A stretch of DNA of 64,000 nt from an uncultured Thiotrichaceae bacterium (GCA_964531165.1 CAZHEA010000007.1:2956-66955), one strand, 5' to 3'. Positions 28,007 to 38,945 are shown, counted from the first letter of the stretch. Notes: a model not told the origin generated them from the letters alone. Program-made: numbers and translations.

Positions 28007-28861
28007 TTGTTAATGAGCTTTTTACGTGTGCATACACTAATTATCTGGTTTGCTGCTATGACAAGTAGCTTACCTGTTCTGGCAGATATTAAAATGGGCG
28101 TGTTTCCTCGCCGACCCATTGCAGTTACAAATAAAATTTTTAAACCACTGGCTAAACAGTTGTCAAGTGAGTTGGGTGAGCCGGTTCATCTCGTTGTAGC
28201 TAAAAACTTTAAAGCATTCTGGAAAGGAGTCGAAAACAAAGAATATGATCTTGTGCATTTTAATCAGTATCACTATTTATTAAGTCATAAAAATCAGGGC
28301 TATAAAGTGATCGTGGTAAATGAAGAGTTCGGTAGTAGTAAAATAGCGGGTTCACTATCAGTGCGAGTAGACAGTGGTATTAATAGTGTGGCGGACTTAA
28401 AAGGTAAGACTATTCTGTTTGGCGGTGGTAAGAAGGCTATGGGTAGTTATATTGCGCCAACGTCTATTCTCAAAAAAGCGGGGTTGGTTGCGGGTCAGGA
28501 TTATACGGTGAAATTTTCCAAAAACCCACCAAGTGCAGTGATAGGTGTATTTAATAATGCAGCAGAAGCAGCGGGAGCTGGTAATGTTATTTTGAAGGTT
28601 AAAGGAGTGCAAAAAAAGATTGATGTCTCGCAAATAAAGATTTTGTCTGAGAGTGAGTCGTTTATTCAACTACCCTGGGCGGTAAGAGATGATATGTCTG
28701 CAGATAAAGCCAGCAAGATCCAGGCTATTATGACGTCATTAAAAGGCACTAATGATGCATTACTGAAATCTAGTCGAGTCACTAATTTTATTAAAGCGTC
28801 GGATGGCGATTTTGATAAAGTTAGAGAAATTGTTAAAAATACATTAGGTGAAAGCCTGTAA
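28007..28861 (+). CDS. Periplasmic substrate-binding protein, PhnD/SsuA-like (phosphonate/phosphite-type PBP fold)
   Basis: Signal peptide. PBP type-2 fold resemblance (Phosphonate-bd family). No ABC permease or ATPase genes are adjacent. Confidence 0.6.
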   Translation: MLMSFLRVHTLIIWFAAMTSSLPVLADIKMGVFPRRPIAVTNKIFKPLAKQLSSELGEPVHLVVAKNFKAFWKGVENKEYDLVHFNQYHYLLSHKNQGYKVIVVNEEFGSSKIAGSLSVRVDSGINSVADLKGKTILFGGGKKAMGSYIAPTSILKKAGLVAGQDYTVKFSKNPPSAVIGVFNNAAEAAGAGNVILKVKGVQKKIDVSQIKILSESESFIQLPWAVRDDMSADKASKIQAIMTSLKGTNDALLKSSRVTNFIKASDGDFDKVREIVKNTLGESL

Positions 28862-28910
28862 TAAAATAATTAACCCACTGTTTAAAATCAGTGGTTTTTT
28901 TCAAGGTTTA

Positions 28911-30545
28911 ATGATGTTCAACTTATTAAATGGTTTAAGTCTTTCTGTAAAATTTTCACCACCTATACTCGCCGCAACGTTAATTATTCTTGTAATAGGT
29001 TCGGTTTTTTTAGTCGATGTGGTAAAGAAATCGACAATACAGCAGACAGATATTGCACGTAATGCACTTTTAAAAGAGCAAAAAGTGGCGGAAGAAAATC
29101 AGCTTAAAGCCTTGCTTTCAAAAGCGGATAGTTTAGGTGTGTTTATGTCTAAAACTGCACCTGACTTGATACTTTCTTATGATTTTTCTAGTCTTCAAAG
29201 CTATCAGGAAAGTGTTATTAAAGATCCAGATGTTGCTTATGCCGCTTATATTAAACCGGATGGTGAGGCTTTTATAAAATACATCTTGCCTGATGATAAA
29301 ACGGATATTATTGAAAAAAAATATAAAGTTATATCTGACGATGAGCATATTGGTACGGTATTGCTCGGCATGTCGAAAGCGGGTTTGTTAGCAAATATAA
29401 ATTTGAGTAATCAGCGAATACAAACGGCTGTTGAGAATGTTGAAGCACATGCTGATGAAGGTATTTCAGAATTTATTTCAGTAATTTTTGTTAATGTTAC
29501 GGTAGTTCTTTTTACAATTTCAATTATTGTATATATGTTATTTCGTTTTTTAGTGCTCATTAGATTAAAAGAAACTAAAGATTTGATATTGCAATTATCG
29601 GATGGTAACGGAGATTTAACACAGCGCTTGCCGGTGACAAATAACGATGAAGTCAGTCAGCTTTGTCTTGCTGTTAACCAGTTCATTGCACAGTTGCAGG
29701 ATATGATTGCCAGTATAGCTGAGGGTGTCCAGACATTGACTCACGAGTCTGAGTTGCTGAGTCAAAATGCCAGTGAGTTATCGATAAGTTCTGACACACA
29801 GAACATGGAAACCTCACAGGTGGCAGCCGCGATGAATCAGATGACGGCGACGGTACTTGAGGTGGCAAACAATGCTAGTAATGCAGCGACTGCCGCTGAA
29901 GATTCGGAAAATGAAACCAGTTTGGGAAAACAGGTTATTCAAAAAACCATGTTGTCTATTAATGAACTGGTATCAGAAGTTGAAAATGCATCTCAGGTAA
30001 TACACACACTTGAATCTGATACGGATAGTATTGGTGGTGTTCTGGATGTTATTCGAGGTATAGCAGAGCAGACAAATTTACTGGCACTTAATGCTGCTAT
30101 CGAAGCGGCGCGTGCGGGCGAACAAGGTCGTGGTTTTGCCGTGGTTGCTGACGAAGTTCGTGTCTTAGCGAGTCGTACACAAGTGTCAACAGCTGAAATA
30201 CAGGAAATGATAGAGAAACTACAAAGTGGTTCTCAACACGCGGTGAGTGTAATGGAAGCCAGTAGTATTAAAGCGCATAACACAGTTGAACAAGCGTCTC
30301 GGGGTGGCGTTTCGTTAGAAAATATATCTGTTTCAGTTGGTGCAATTAATGAAATGAATACTCAAATTGCGATTGCTGCTAAAGAGCAGACGGAGGTAGC
30401 AGAAGAAATTAATCATAATATAGTCACCATTAAAACAATTAGCGAGAAAACCTCTGAAGGTGCTCAAAAAAGTGCACTATCAAGTAAAAGTCTATCTGAA
30501 CTGGCTGTGCATCTTAATAGTCTGGTTAATCAGTTTAAAATTTAA
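28911..30545 (+). CDS. Methyl-accepting chemotaxis protein (two TM, ~160-aa periplasmic domain, HAMP, MA domain)
   Basis: Highly conserved MCP signalling hairpin [35 protein letters not shown]. The ATG at 28911 has an AAGG RBS. The ORF-track GTG at 28848 overlaps the SBP gene. Confidence 0.8.
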   Translation: MMFNLLNGLSLSVKFSPPILAATLIILVIGSVFLVDVVKKSTIQQTDIARNALLKEQKVAEENQLKALLSKADSLGVFMSKTAPDLILSYDFSSLQSYQESVIKDPDVAYAAYIKPDGEAFIKYILPDDKTDIIEKKYKVISDDEHIGTVLLGMSKAGLLANINLSNQRIQTAVENVEAHADEGISEFISVIFVNVTVVLFTISIIVYMLFRFLVLIRLKETKDLILQLSDGNGDLTQRLPVTNNDEVSQLCLAVNQFIAQLQDMIASIAEGVQTLTHESELLSQNASELSISSDTQNMETSQVAAAMNQMTATVLEVANNASNAATAAEDSENETSLGKQVIQKTMLSINELVSEVENASQVIHTLESDTDSIGGVLDVIRGIAEQTNLLALNAAIEAARAGEQGRGFAVVADEVRVLASRTQVSTAEIQEMIEKLQSGSQHAVSVMEASSIKAHNTVEQASRGGVSLENISVSVGAINEMNTQIAIAAKEQTEVAEEINHNIVTIKTISEKTSEGAQKSALSSKSLSELAVHLNSLVNQFKI

Positions 30546-30771
30546 GTAAACTAGATAATATAATTTGCGGTTATTGCTGTCTATTAACTAATAGATAGGC
30601 TCTATTATCAATGTCCTGATTTCATCTAATCAGTGATTCCTATGCTTCTAAAGGTATTCTCGAGGCGTTGTTCATAATGTACGACGCTTCTTTTGATTGG
30701 CTTTCACAAAATCGTAACAATTTTGACGTACTTTATATCTACCGGTTAATTTTCTCAGTGGATATATAGTA

Positions 30772-32082
30772 ATGCGATGTGTTTTTATTTTAGTTTCCTT
30801 ATTTTTGATTCAGCCAGCACAGGCTGATGAAAACCTGTTCAGGCTGCATGGTTCAAACACTATTGGTGCAAAGCTGGCTCCGGCTCTGGTACGCGGCTGG
30901 TTACAGGATAACGGCTTTACCCAAATTCATACGCTGGAAAATAACCGCCAGGAAGTGACTATTGTGAGCCGTAATAAAGCGGGTGAGCGAAAAGTGGTTG
31001 AGATTAAGTCTCATGGATCTGCTACGTCTTTTGATTCACTAAAAAGGCAGGCTGCCGAAATTGGGATGTCGTCACGGCCGATCAAAAAAAAGGAAAACAA
31101 CACACTGAAAGCATTTGGTGAAATGACGCGTCAAGGTGTGGAGTTTGTTATTGGGCTGGATGGGATTGCGGTGATTGTGCATTCGAAAAATCCACTCATG
31201 CAGCTGGAAAAAAGTGTAATTAGAAAAATTTTTAGTGGTGAAATCACCCGCTGGAAAACGATTGATAAAAATCTTGATGGAAAAATACAGGTGTATGCCA
31301 GAGATAATAAGTCGGGTACTTTTGATACATTTAAAGCACTGGTAATGGGTAAAAAAACATCATTAGTAAAAACAGCTTTGCGTTATGAGTCAAATGATAA
31401 ATTATCAGATGATGTTGCTAATGATCGTTATGCTATTGGATTTGTGGGTCTGCCTTCGGTGCGCCATGCAAAATCACTGGGTGTCGCTGAGTCAGGTACT
31501 GAGGCTAAGCAGCCGCTAAAATTTGATGTGGCAACTGAAGATTATGCGTTAGCACGGCGACTATTTTTATATGTGCCTGCGCTAAATTCCAGTCTGCATG
31601 TTAAGTCATTTATTGATTTTTCTGAGTCTGCGGCGGGGCAGACAATTGTCGATGAAAATGGATTTATTTCTCAAAATTTAACGCTGAAATCAGTTAAGTC
31701 CGATAGTCGGTTTCCAGAAGAGTATTTAAAATTAACCCAAAATAGTCAGCGCCTGTCGTTAAATTTTCGATTTAAAAAAGGCACAACTAAGCCGGATAAT
31801 AAAGCCATGCGTGATATTCAACGGCTGGTTGAATTTTTATCCAGAAAGGAAAATAAAAGAAAGCGAATTATGTTGTTTGGATTTGCAGAATCAAGCGAGT
31901 CGCATCCCGCATTCAGTATTGATCTGTCTACATACCGGGTCGACTGGGTTGCCGATTTACTGGTGCACAATGGGCTCGATCCGGTGCGCGTACGCGCTTA
32001 TGGAGATGCTATTCCGGTGGCATCAAATGAAGATGCCGGCGGTCGCCATAAAAATCGTCGGGTTGAAGTGTGGTTGCGTTAA
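30772..32082 (+). CDS. Fusion protein: PstS-like phosphate-binding (PBP) domain + C-terminal OmpA/MotB peptidoglycan-binding domain
   Basis: Signal peptide. N-terminal LHGSNTIGAKLAPALVRGW matches the PstS/PBP_like_2 family. The C-terminus (RVDWVADLL...AYGDAIPVASNEDAGGRHKNRRVEVWLR) is OmpA_C-like. Confidence 0.6.
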   Translation: MRCVFILVSLFLIQPAQADENLFRLHGSNTIGAKLAPALVRGWLQDNGFTQIHTLENNRQEVTIVSRNKAGERKVVEIKSHGSATSFDSLKRQAAEIGMSSRPIKKKENNTLKAFGEMTRQGVEFVIGLDGIAVIVHSKNPLMQLEKSVIRKIFSGEITRWKTIDKNLDGKIQVYARDNKSGTFDTFKALVMGKKTSLVKTALRYESNDKLSDDVANDRYAIGFVGLPSVRHAKSLGVAESGTEAKQPLKFDVATEDYALARRLFLYVPALNSSLHVKSFIDFSESAAGQTIVDENGFISQNLTLKSVKSDSRFPEEYLKLTQNSQRLSLNFRFKKGTTKPDNKAMRDIQRLVEFLSRKENKRKRIMLFGFAESSESHPAFSIDLSTYRVDWVADLLVHNGLDPVRVRAYGDAIPVASNEDAGGRHKNRRVEVWLR

Positions 32083-32103
32083 GTTCGGCTGCATTAAGTG
32101 GGG

Positions 32104-32397
32104 CTATGGGTTTTCGCCGGCAGGATGGCTTATCCAGCCTTGGTTTTTATCCATCCAGATAAGGCTAATAATATACCAGAGAGTTATGGGAACCATCATC
32201 GCAATCCAGCTCCAGTCGTCAATCAGCAGTATTTGTTTACCAAGTTCACCAATAGCATCGCCAAGCATCAGCACCCAGGGAAGGGAGTAAACAGTAAAGG
32301 CGGCACTTGCCCAGATTAAAATTAATGCACCTTTGCGGGTTTCGATGGAAGAAAAAGCAAGAAAGACCCAAAGTGGGGTGTTTTTTGTTTTGATCAT
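32104..32397 (-). CDS. Small hypothetical membrane protein
   Basis: Three hydrophobic segments. AGGAA RBS upstream of the internal ATG. No family recognised. Confidence 0.3.
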   Translation of the reverse strand: MIKTKNTPLWVFLAFSSIETRKGALILIWASAAFTVYSLPWVLMLGDAIGELGKQILLIDDWSWIAMMVPITLWYIISLIWMDKNQGWISHPAGENP

Positions 32398-32650
32398 TTT
32401 TAGAGTTCCTGAGCGATTAATTAAAGTATGGCTATAAAGATTACGGGAGAAAAAGCGGCTTTGAAAAAATAAGCCTTCCCTGTGTTCGATCATATCATAA
32501 GCAAATATTTTGCCAATGGGATAAAAATCTTAAGGCGGTTAAGGGGATAGATGCATGAGGTAGCGAGGTGTAGTGTCACTGCACCGGGATCTGTTAAAAA
32601 TATCGACGATCATAGTGTGATGAAGTCGTTGTTTTTCAATGAAGGTGTTT

Positions 32651-32691
32651 TTGCTTTCCCCTTAGAAAGAGAGAGGCCTGGGGGAGATTTA
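32651..32691. repeat. REP-like family B element
   Basis: TTGCTTTCCCCTTAGAAAGAGAGAGGCCTGGGGGAGATTTA. Confidence 0.65.
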
Positions 32692-32787
32692 TTACCGTCG
32701 GAGTATTCTCCTGGTTGGGTCCGGGTCAAATGTTTTCTATTATCAAGGGACTCCTTACATTCCCTCTCACTTACCCGGAATAAACCA

Positions 32788-34152
32788 CTAAATATCCAGC
32801 AGCTCACTCACCCGGCTCACTGCAATGATTTCCATATCAGCAGGCATATCCTGGGCTTTGGGCATGTTGCCTTTGGGAATCACCGCATGGGTAAAGCCGT
32901 GTTTGGCGGCCTCTTTTAGACGTTCCTGTCCATTTGGCACTGGCCGGATTTCACCCGCCAGACCGATTTCACCGAAGGCAAAAAGTTTTTGCGGCAGTGG
33001 CTTATCGCGAAAACTCGATAAAATAGACAACAGCATTGCCGCGTCCGCCGCAGTTTCGGTAACCCGTACGCCGCCGACAATATTAATAAACACATCCTGA
33101 TCATGCATGGGAATGCCGCCATGGCGATGCAGTACCGCCAGTAGCATGGATAGCCGGTTCTGATCCAGCCCTAAAGTGACTCGTCGGGGATTGCCTAAAT
33201 GGGATTCATCCACCAGTGCCTGCACTTCGACTAATAGCGGGCGATTGCCTTCACGGGTAACGGTAATCATGCTGCCGGCTACCGGTTCGTCGTGGCGCGA
33301 TAAAAAGATGGCAGACGGGTTGCTGACGGTTTTCAAACCGGTTTCGGTCATCGCAAACAGCCCCAGTTCATTGACCGCGCCAAAGCGATTTTTAATCGCA
33401 CGAATCATGCGATAACGTTCGCCTGAATCGCCCTCAAAATACAGCACCGTATCTACCATATGCTCAAGTACCCGCGGGCCGGCAAGGGTGCCTTCTTTGG
33501 TGACGTGGCCCACCAGAAATAATGCGGTATTGGTTTGCTTGGCAAAGCGCACCAGTTGCGCTGCACTCTCTCTTACTTGCGCCACAGCACCCGGTGCAGA
33601 TTGTAATAACTCGGTGTAAATGGTCTGAATTGAGTCGATCACCATTACCTGTGGTTTAGCCTGTTTGGCGAGTTGTAAAATACGTTCGACGCAGGTTTCC
33701 GCCAGCAGCTGAAATTTATCATCGCCTAAATTTAAACGCCGTGCGCGTAGCGTTACCTGTTGTAACGACTCTTCACCGGTGACGTATAATGCGTTCATCT
33801 TGTCGCCTAATGTGGCGAGGGTCTGGGTGAGCAATGTGGATTTGCCGATGCCCGGATTCCCCCCCATTAATACCACCGAACCCGGTACCAAACCACCGCC
33901 CAAAACCCGGTCTAATTCACTAATGCCGGTGGGGGTGCGCAGCTCCTCCTGTAGTTCGATGTCCGCCATATTCTTAACGGCGGCTTTGCCTGCATAACCA
34001 GTAAATCGGGAGCTAGTTGTGCTGGCGGTGTCTTTTTCGTAAACGCTTTCGATTAGCGTATTCCATTCACCACAGTCGCCGCATTGTCCGGCCCATTTAT
34101 TGTGTACTGATCCGCAGCTGCTGCATAAATATTGAAGTTTGGTTTTCGCCAT
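32788..34152 (-). CDS. radA: DNA repair protein RadA/Sms
   Basis: N-terminal C4 zinc finger (CSSCGSVHNKWAGQCGDCGEWNT), Walker A GNPGIGKST and a Lon-like C-terminal domain. Confidence 0.9.
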   Translation of the reverse strand: MAKTKLQYLCSSCGSVHNKWAGQCGDCGEWNTLIESVYEKDTASTTSSRFTGYAGKAAVKNMADIELQEELRTPTGISELDRVLGGGLVPGSVVLMGGNPGIGKSTLLTQTLATLGDKMNALYVTGEESLQQVTLRARRLNLGDDKFQLLAETCVERILQLAKQAKPQVMVIDSIQTIYTELLQSAPGAVAQVRESAAQLVRFAKQTNTALFLVGHVTKEGTLAGPRVLEHMVDTVLYFEGDSGERYRMIRAIKNRFGAVNELGLFAMTETGLKTVSNPSAIFLSRHDEPVAGSMITVTREGNRPLLVEVQALVDESHLGNPRRVTLGLDQNRLSMLLAVLHRHGGIPMHDQDVFINIVGGVRVTETAADAAMLLSILSSFRDKPLPQKLFAFGEIGLAGEIRPVPNGQERLKEAAKHGFTHAVIPKGNMPKAQDMPADMEIIAVSRVSELLDI

Positions 34153-34220
34153 TTATCTGTTCCTGTTTTTAAAGTTTGCCATGGTGTATCGATTTAAACT
34201 TTTGTAGATGCGAAAAGCAT

Positions 34221-34341
34221 GTTGTTCGCAAATGAGCGCGAATCAACGTTAATAAAAGCAAAAGCATTAACTGCAAATATACTCGTGAGCTGCGGGTTCA
34301 AAAAATATAAAATTTGCGTGTTTTGCGTTCATTTGCGGACA
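34221..34341. repeat. Family C MITE-like element (~120 bp)
   Basis: Left arm GTTGTTCGCAAATGAGCGCGAAT, internal AATAAAAGCAAAAGCA and right arm TTGCGTGTTTTGCGTTCATTTGCGGACAA. The arms are inverted repeats. Confidence 0.6.
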
Positions 34342-34353
34342 ATATGCTTTTGT

Positions 34354-35658
34354 TTAGTTTGTGTCTGAGGAAGATTCAACCTCAGTATTATCTTCATTTG
34401 AGATTAATCGAGGCATCAATCGCGCCATCTGCACTGCATTGTTTTGGGTTTTTATTACTTCTATTGGATGTCTGGCAATTAAAAAACTGGTGCCGGTGGT
34501 GGGAATAGATTGTAGATGTTCCAGAATTAAGCCGTTTAATGTTTTCGGGCCGTCAGTGGGCAGGCTAATATCGAGGCTGCGATTAATTTCCCGAATATGG
34601 GTGTTGGCGGAAATTAAATAGCTGCCATCATCCTTCGCAATTATATTGCTGTTATTAATAGGGGAGTCGGTGGTGAACTCGCCGACTACTTCTTCGAGAA
34701 TGTCTTCCAGTGTCACCAGCCCCTGAATATCGCCATATTCATCTACTGCTAAAGCCGTGCGTCGTTTGTTTTTCTGAAAGTTAATTAATTGTTGATACAG
34801 TGATGTGCCTTCCGGAATAAAGTAGGCTTCGCGAATCTGGGTTTCTAAATTTTCTTTAGTGAGTTCGTTACGACTTAATAAACTGATGACCCGGCGCATG
34901 TGAATAATGCCCAGAATATTGTTGATATCGTCGCGATAAACCGGCAGACGTGTGCGCTGGCAGGTAGTTAAATCATCGACAATATCATCCCAGTTTTCAT
35001 TCAGATCCAGTGCGGTGATTTCATTACGTGGCACCATAATATCATCGACGGTAGCGTGTTCCAGGTTGAGCAGGCCCAGTAGCATGTCCTGGTGTTTTTG
35101 AGGCACCAGCTGTTTGGCTTCCATGACTACGCTGCGCAACTCTTCAACGCTGACACCTTCGTCCTCAGTTTTTTCCGGGTTAACGCCAAAGGCTTTTAAT
35201 AGGGCATTGGCAATTAAGTTTACGACATACACTAATGGATAAATGGCTTTTAATAGCGGGGTGTAAACGTAAGCGGCAGGAAAGGCGATGCGTTCCGGGT
35301 GCAAAGCGGCCAGTGTTTTGGGTGCAACCTCTGCAAAAATCAATATTACAAAAGTCAGTGCTCCGGTGGCGATTGCTATGCCGGCTTCGCCGAAATGCCG
35401 TAGTGCCAGAATGGTTGCAATTGCGGACGCTAGAATATTTACGAAGTTATTGCCGAGTAAAATCAGACCGAGTAAGCGGTCTGGTCGTTCCAGCAAACGC
35501 ATCGCGAGCTTAGCGCCGCGGCTGCCTTTATCAGCGAGAAATTTCAGGCGATATCGGTTCAGTGACATCAGCCCGGTTTCGGAGCTGGAGAAAAATGCGG
35601 AGAGTAAAATCAGCAAACCCAGAATAATATACAGGGTGCCGTCAGAGAGATGGCTCAT
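34354..35658 (-). CDS. yfjD: CNNM/DUF21 + CBS pair + CorC_HlyC transporter (E. coli YfjD/CorB-like Mg/Co efflux family)
   Basis: DUF21 TM domain (FSSSETGLMSLN), a CBS pair and a CorC C-terminal domain. Conserved ypjD-yfjD | ffh neighbourhood. Confidence 0.8.
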   Translation of the reverse strand: MSHLSDGTLYIILGLLILLSAFFSSSETGLMSLNRYRLKFLADKGSRGAKLAMRLLERPDRLLGLILLGNNFVNILASAIATILALRHFGEAGIAIATGALTFVILIFAEVAPKTLAALHPERIAFPAAYVYTPLLKAIYPLVYVVNLIANALLKAFGVNPEKTEDEGVSVEELRSVVMEAKQLVPQKHQDMLLGLLNLEHATVDDIMVPRNEITALDLNENWDDIVDDLTTCQRTRLPVYRDDINNILGIIHMRRVISLLSRNELTKENLETQIREAYFIPEGTSLYQQLINFQKNKRRTALAVDEYGDIQGLVTLEDILEEVVGEFTTDSPINNSNIIAKDDGSYLISANTHIREINRSLDISLPTDGPKTLNGLILEHLQSIPTTGTSFLIARHPIEVIKTQNNAVQMARLMPRLISNEDNTEVESSSDTN

Positions 35659-35665
35659 GTTATTG

Positions 35666-36472
35666 TCAGTTGAGTACGATGAATTCGAGAACGAACTTAC
35701 TGCCGAAATACGCCAGCATTAAGCTGACAAAGCCACTTAATGTCCAGCGAATGGCGGTGCGTCCACGCCAGCCAATAGTAAACCGGCCAATCAGTAACGT
35801 CGCAAACACCAGCCAGGCAATAATGCTGAGCACAGTCTTATGTATGAGATGTTGTGCGAATAAATCTTCGAGAAAAATAAAGCCACTGAAAAGCGCCATT
35901 GTTAAGCCAATAAAACCTGCCAGAATAAAATCAAACAGTAGCTTTTCCATGACCTGTAAAGGCGGTAGCTTTTTCATTAAACCACCGGGGTGGTGATTGT
36001 GCAGCATGCGATTTTGCAGTGATAACACAATTGACATGCAAGCGGCGAACCCCAGCAGGCTATACGCAACAATTGATACAAGGACATGAATTTTCAAACC
36101 CTGTGGTGCATTATATGCCAGCATGTAACTGGAGGGCGTCATGCTTTGTAATAAAAGAGTAATGCCTGAAATGGGTAAGATAACCACTGCTAATATTTCA
36201 GTGCGCCGCTGTATTGATATCAATAATACCAGCCAGCTGATAATCATGGCGACAGAGGATGCAGCATCGAAAAAACCAAACTGAAAACCATTCACGCCAA
36301 ATAAGTTTTTATAAAGAATAAAGCCATGCAGAATCACCGCGGCAAAACCCGGCAATAGTAAATAGGCAATGGGTTTTTGATTGAAAAAAGTATCACCCTT
36401 CAGGCGCAAAAAAAGCCCCAGTGTGGATACCAGATAAAGGGTAAAAGCGATAAGCCCGGTGATTGCGTTCAT
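35666..36472 (-). CDS. ypjD: Cytochrome c assembly family inner-membrane protein (YpjD-like)
   Basis: 8-TM CcsA/CcmC-like hydrophobic protein. Conserved position divergent from ffh. Confidence 0.65.
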   Translation of the reverse strand: MNAITGLIAFTLYLVSTLGLFLRLKGDTFFNQKPIAYLLLPGFAAVILHGFILYKNLFGVNGFQFGFFDAASSVAMIISWLVLLISIQRRTEILAVVILPISGITLLLQSMTPSSYMLAYNAPQGLKIHVLVSIVAYSLLGFAACMSIVLSLQNRMLHNHHPGGLMKKLPPLQVMEKLLFDFILAGFIGLTMALFSGFIFLEDLFAQHLIHKTVLSIIAWLVFATLLIGRFTIGWRGRTAIRWTLSGFVSLMLAYFGSKFVLEFIVLN

Positions 36473-36759
36473 TAAATTTAGCGGTGACTCATTTTAATTA
36501 TTTAGTGCGGACATTATAGGGTAAAGCAGTGAGCGGTGGAAAGGCAATAATATTTAGTATCACATGAATAAGGGTTAAATATTGCCCGCTCGGGGTTTTT
36601 GTATGCCAATCAAAGCGGGTAATGTACAAAAAACCGTTAAGTTCATCAATTTACTGCGTTTATTTAACGGTAATTCTCTATAGCCGTGCTAGCATCTAAT
36701 ATAAATGCTGGGTATTTTATTCGGCTGTTGAAGTAATAAGGTCTTTCGGGAGACCAAAA

Positions 36760-37530
36760 ATGAAATTACGTGTTCTGGGGTGTAGTGGCGGCATCGGTAA
36801 AGGTCTGCATACTTCAACTTATATGATCGATGACGATATTTTGCTGGATGCGGGTACCGGCGTGGGCGATCTGTCGCTGTATGAAATGCATAAAATCAGG
36901 CACGTGTTCATTACCCATAGCCATATGGACCATGTATTAAGCATTCCGTTACTGGTGGACACTCTGTTTGCTGAGTTGCAGGAACAGCCGTTACGGGTTT
37001 ATGCCCGAACCGAAACGATTGAGGTGCTTAAAAAGCATATCTTCAACTGGCAGCTCTGGCCGGACTTTACCGAATTGCCGTCTAAAGAAGCGCCTGCGCT
37101 AAAACTCATCGAAATGAATCCCGGCGAGTCGTTAACGCTTAATGGCCGGACCATAGAGATGGTGGATGTTAACCATACCGTACCGGCTTCGGCATATATA
37201 ATAGAGTCAGCACAAAAAGTGTTTGCCTATTCCGGCGATACCACCACCAATGATAATTTGTGGGCACGTCTTAATCAGTTCAAGCAGCTGGACTTTATGG
37301 TGATAGAAACCGCCTTTGCCGATGAGGAAATTGAGCTGGCTAAGCTGGCTAAGCATTATTGCCCGAGTTTACTGGCGCAGGATCTGAAAAAACTAAAACA
37401 TAAAGCATGCATCGGCATATCCCATTTAAAGCCGGGAGATGAAACGCGTATCTTTCAGCAGTGTCTCGATGCAGTAAATGCCGAACAGGACTTACGTCAG
37501 TTAACCAGTGATGACCATTTTCAGATATAA
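36760..37530 (+). CDS. MBL-fold hydrolase, class II 3',5'-cyclic-nucleotide phosphodiesterase-like
   Basis: FITHSHMDHVLSIPLL resembles the class II cNMP PDE signature HxHLDH. No signal peptide. Confidence 0.5.
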   Translation: MKLRVLGCSGGIGKGLHTSTYMIDDDILLDAGTGVGDLSLYEMHKIRHVFITHSHMDHVLSIPLLVDTLFAELQEQPLRVYARTETIEVLKKHIFNWQLWPDFTELPSKEAPALKLIEMNPGESLTLNGRTIEMVDVNHTVPASAYIIESAQKVFAYSGDTTTNDNLWARLNQFKQLDFMVIETAFADEEIELAKLAKHYCPSLLAQDLKKLKHKACIGISHLKPGDETRIFQQCLDAVNAEQDLRQLTSDDHFQI

Positions 37531-37565
37531 TCCCCACTTTCTAATAGCCGAATTTTTTAAATACC

Positions 37566-38924
37566 ATGTTTGATAGCCTAAGCGATCGCCTTTCCAGAAC
37601 CATCAAAAACCTGCGTGGCCAGGGTCGAATTACTGAAGATAATATAAAAGAGACGATGCGTGATGTGCGCATGGCATTGCTCGAAGCCGATGTAGCGCTA
37701 CCAGTGGTGCGTGATTTTGTTGACCGGGTGAAGCAGCGAGCTGTCGGCCAGGAAGTGATGAGCAGTCTGTCGCCAGGTCAGGCGCTGATCAAAATAGTCA
37801 ATGACGAGCTGGTTGCGACGATGGGTGCGGCCAATGAAGAATTAAATCTGGCGGCGCAGCCACCGGCAGTTGTATTAATGGCGGGCTTGCAGGGTGCGGG
37901 TAAAACTACCACTGTAGCCAAGTTGGCAAAGTTGCTGCAGGAGCGTCATAAAAAGAAAGTCATGGTGGTGAGTTGCGATGTGTATCGTCCGGCGGCGATT
38001 AAGCAGTTGCAGACACTGGCCGATCAGGTGGGTGCAACATTCTATCCCAGCGAAAAAGAACAGAATCCGGTAGATATTGCAACAGCCGCCCTCGATGCGG
38101 CTAAAAAGCAGTTTCAGGATGTGCTGTTAGTGGATACTGCCGGTCGATTGCACATCGATGAAGAAATGATGGGTGAGATTCAGCAGATTCATCAGGCGGT
38201 GAACCCGGTGGAAACCCTGTTTGTGGTCGACAGTATGACGGGTCAGGATGCGGCAAATACGGCTAAAGCCTTTAATGAAGCCTTAGAGCTGACCGGTGTT
38301 GTATTAACGAAAACCGATGGTGATGCCCGGGGTGGCGCCGCTTTATCGATTCGCCAGATCACCGGCAAGCCGATTAAGTTTTTGGGCGCCGGCGAAAAAG
38401 TCGATGCATTGGAGCCATTTTATCCCGATAGATTAGCTTCAAGAATTCTTGGCATGGGTGATGTACTCAGTCTGGTAGAAGAAGTACAGCGTTCGGTAGA
38501 TGTAAAAGAGGCTGAAAAGCTCACCGCCAAATTCAAAAAAGGTGCGGGTTTTGATTTCAATGACCTGAAATCACAGATGGAACAGATGATGAATATGGGT
38601 GGTCTCACCGGTTTAATGGACAAGATGCCGGGCATGGGAGGCAAAATGGCCGCCATGAAAGACAAGGTAGGAGATAAAGATGTAAAGCGATTGATTGCGA
38701 TTATTCAGTCAATGACCCCGCAGGAACGCTCTTTCCCGGATATGATTAAAGGTTCACGTAAAAAACGTATCGCTGCTGGTGCTGGTGTGCAGGTGCAGGA
38801 AGTGAATAAGCTGATGAAACAGCAGATGCAGATGAAAAAGATGATGAAGAAAATGAAAGGCGGCGGCATGAAAAAAATGATGCGGATGATGCAGGGAAAG
38901 ATGCCGCCGGGTATGGGGATGTAA
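37566..38924 (+). CDS. ffh: Signal recognition particle protein Ffh
   Basis: N/G domains (GLQGAGKTTT, DTAGR) and a Met-rich M domain at the C-terminus. Confidence 0.9.
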   Translation: MFDSLSDRLSRTIKNLRGQGRITEDNIKETMRDVRMALLEADVALPVVRDFVDRVKQRAVGQEVMSSLSPGQALIKIVNDELVATMGAANEELNLAAQPPAVVLMAGLQGAGKTTTVAKLAKLLQERHKKKVMVVSCDVYRPAAIKQLQTLADQVGATFYPSEKEQNPVDIATAALDAAKKQFQDVLLVDTAGRLHIDEEMMGEIQQIHQAVNPVETLFVVDSMTGQDAANTAKAFNEALELTGVVLTKTDGDARGGAALSIRQITGKPIKFLGAGEKVDALEPFYPDRLASRILGMGDVLSLVEEVQRSVDVKEAEKLTAKFKKGAGFDFNDLKSQMEQMMNMGGLTGLMDKMPGMGGKMAAMKDKVGDKDVKRLIAIIQSMTPQERSFPDMIKGSRKKRIAAGAGVQVQEVNKLMKQQMQMKKMMKKMKGGGMKKMMRMMQGKMPPGMGM

Positions 38925-38945
38925 GGTTAAATTCAAAAGCAGTTT

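Noticed and set aside
32551-32919. 122-aa + ORF spanning the radA 3' region and REP element.
   Set aside because: It reads through an intergenic REP-like repeat and overlaps the radA C-terminus on the other strand. There are no motifs.
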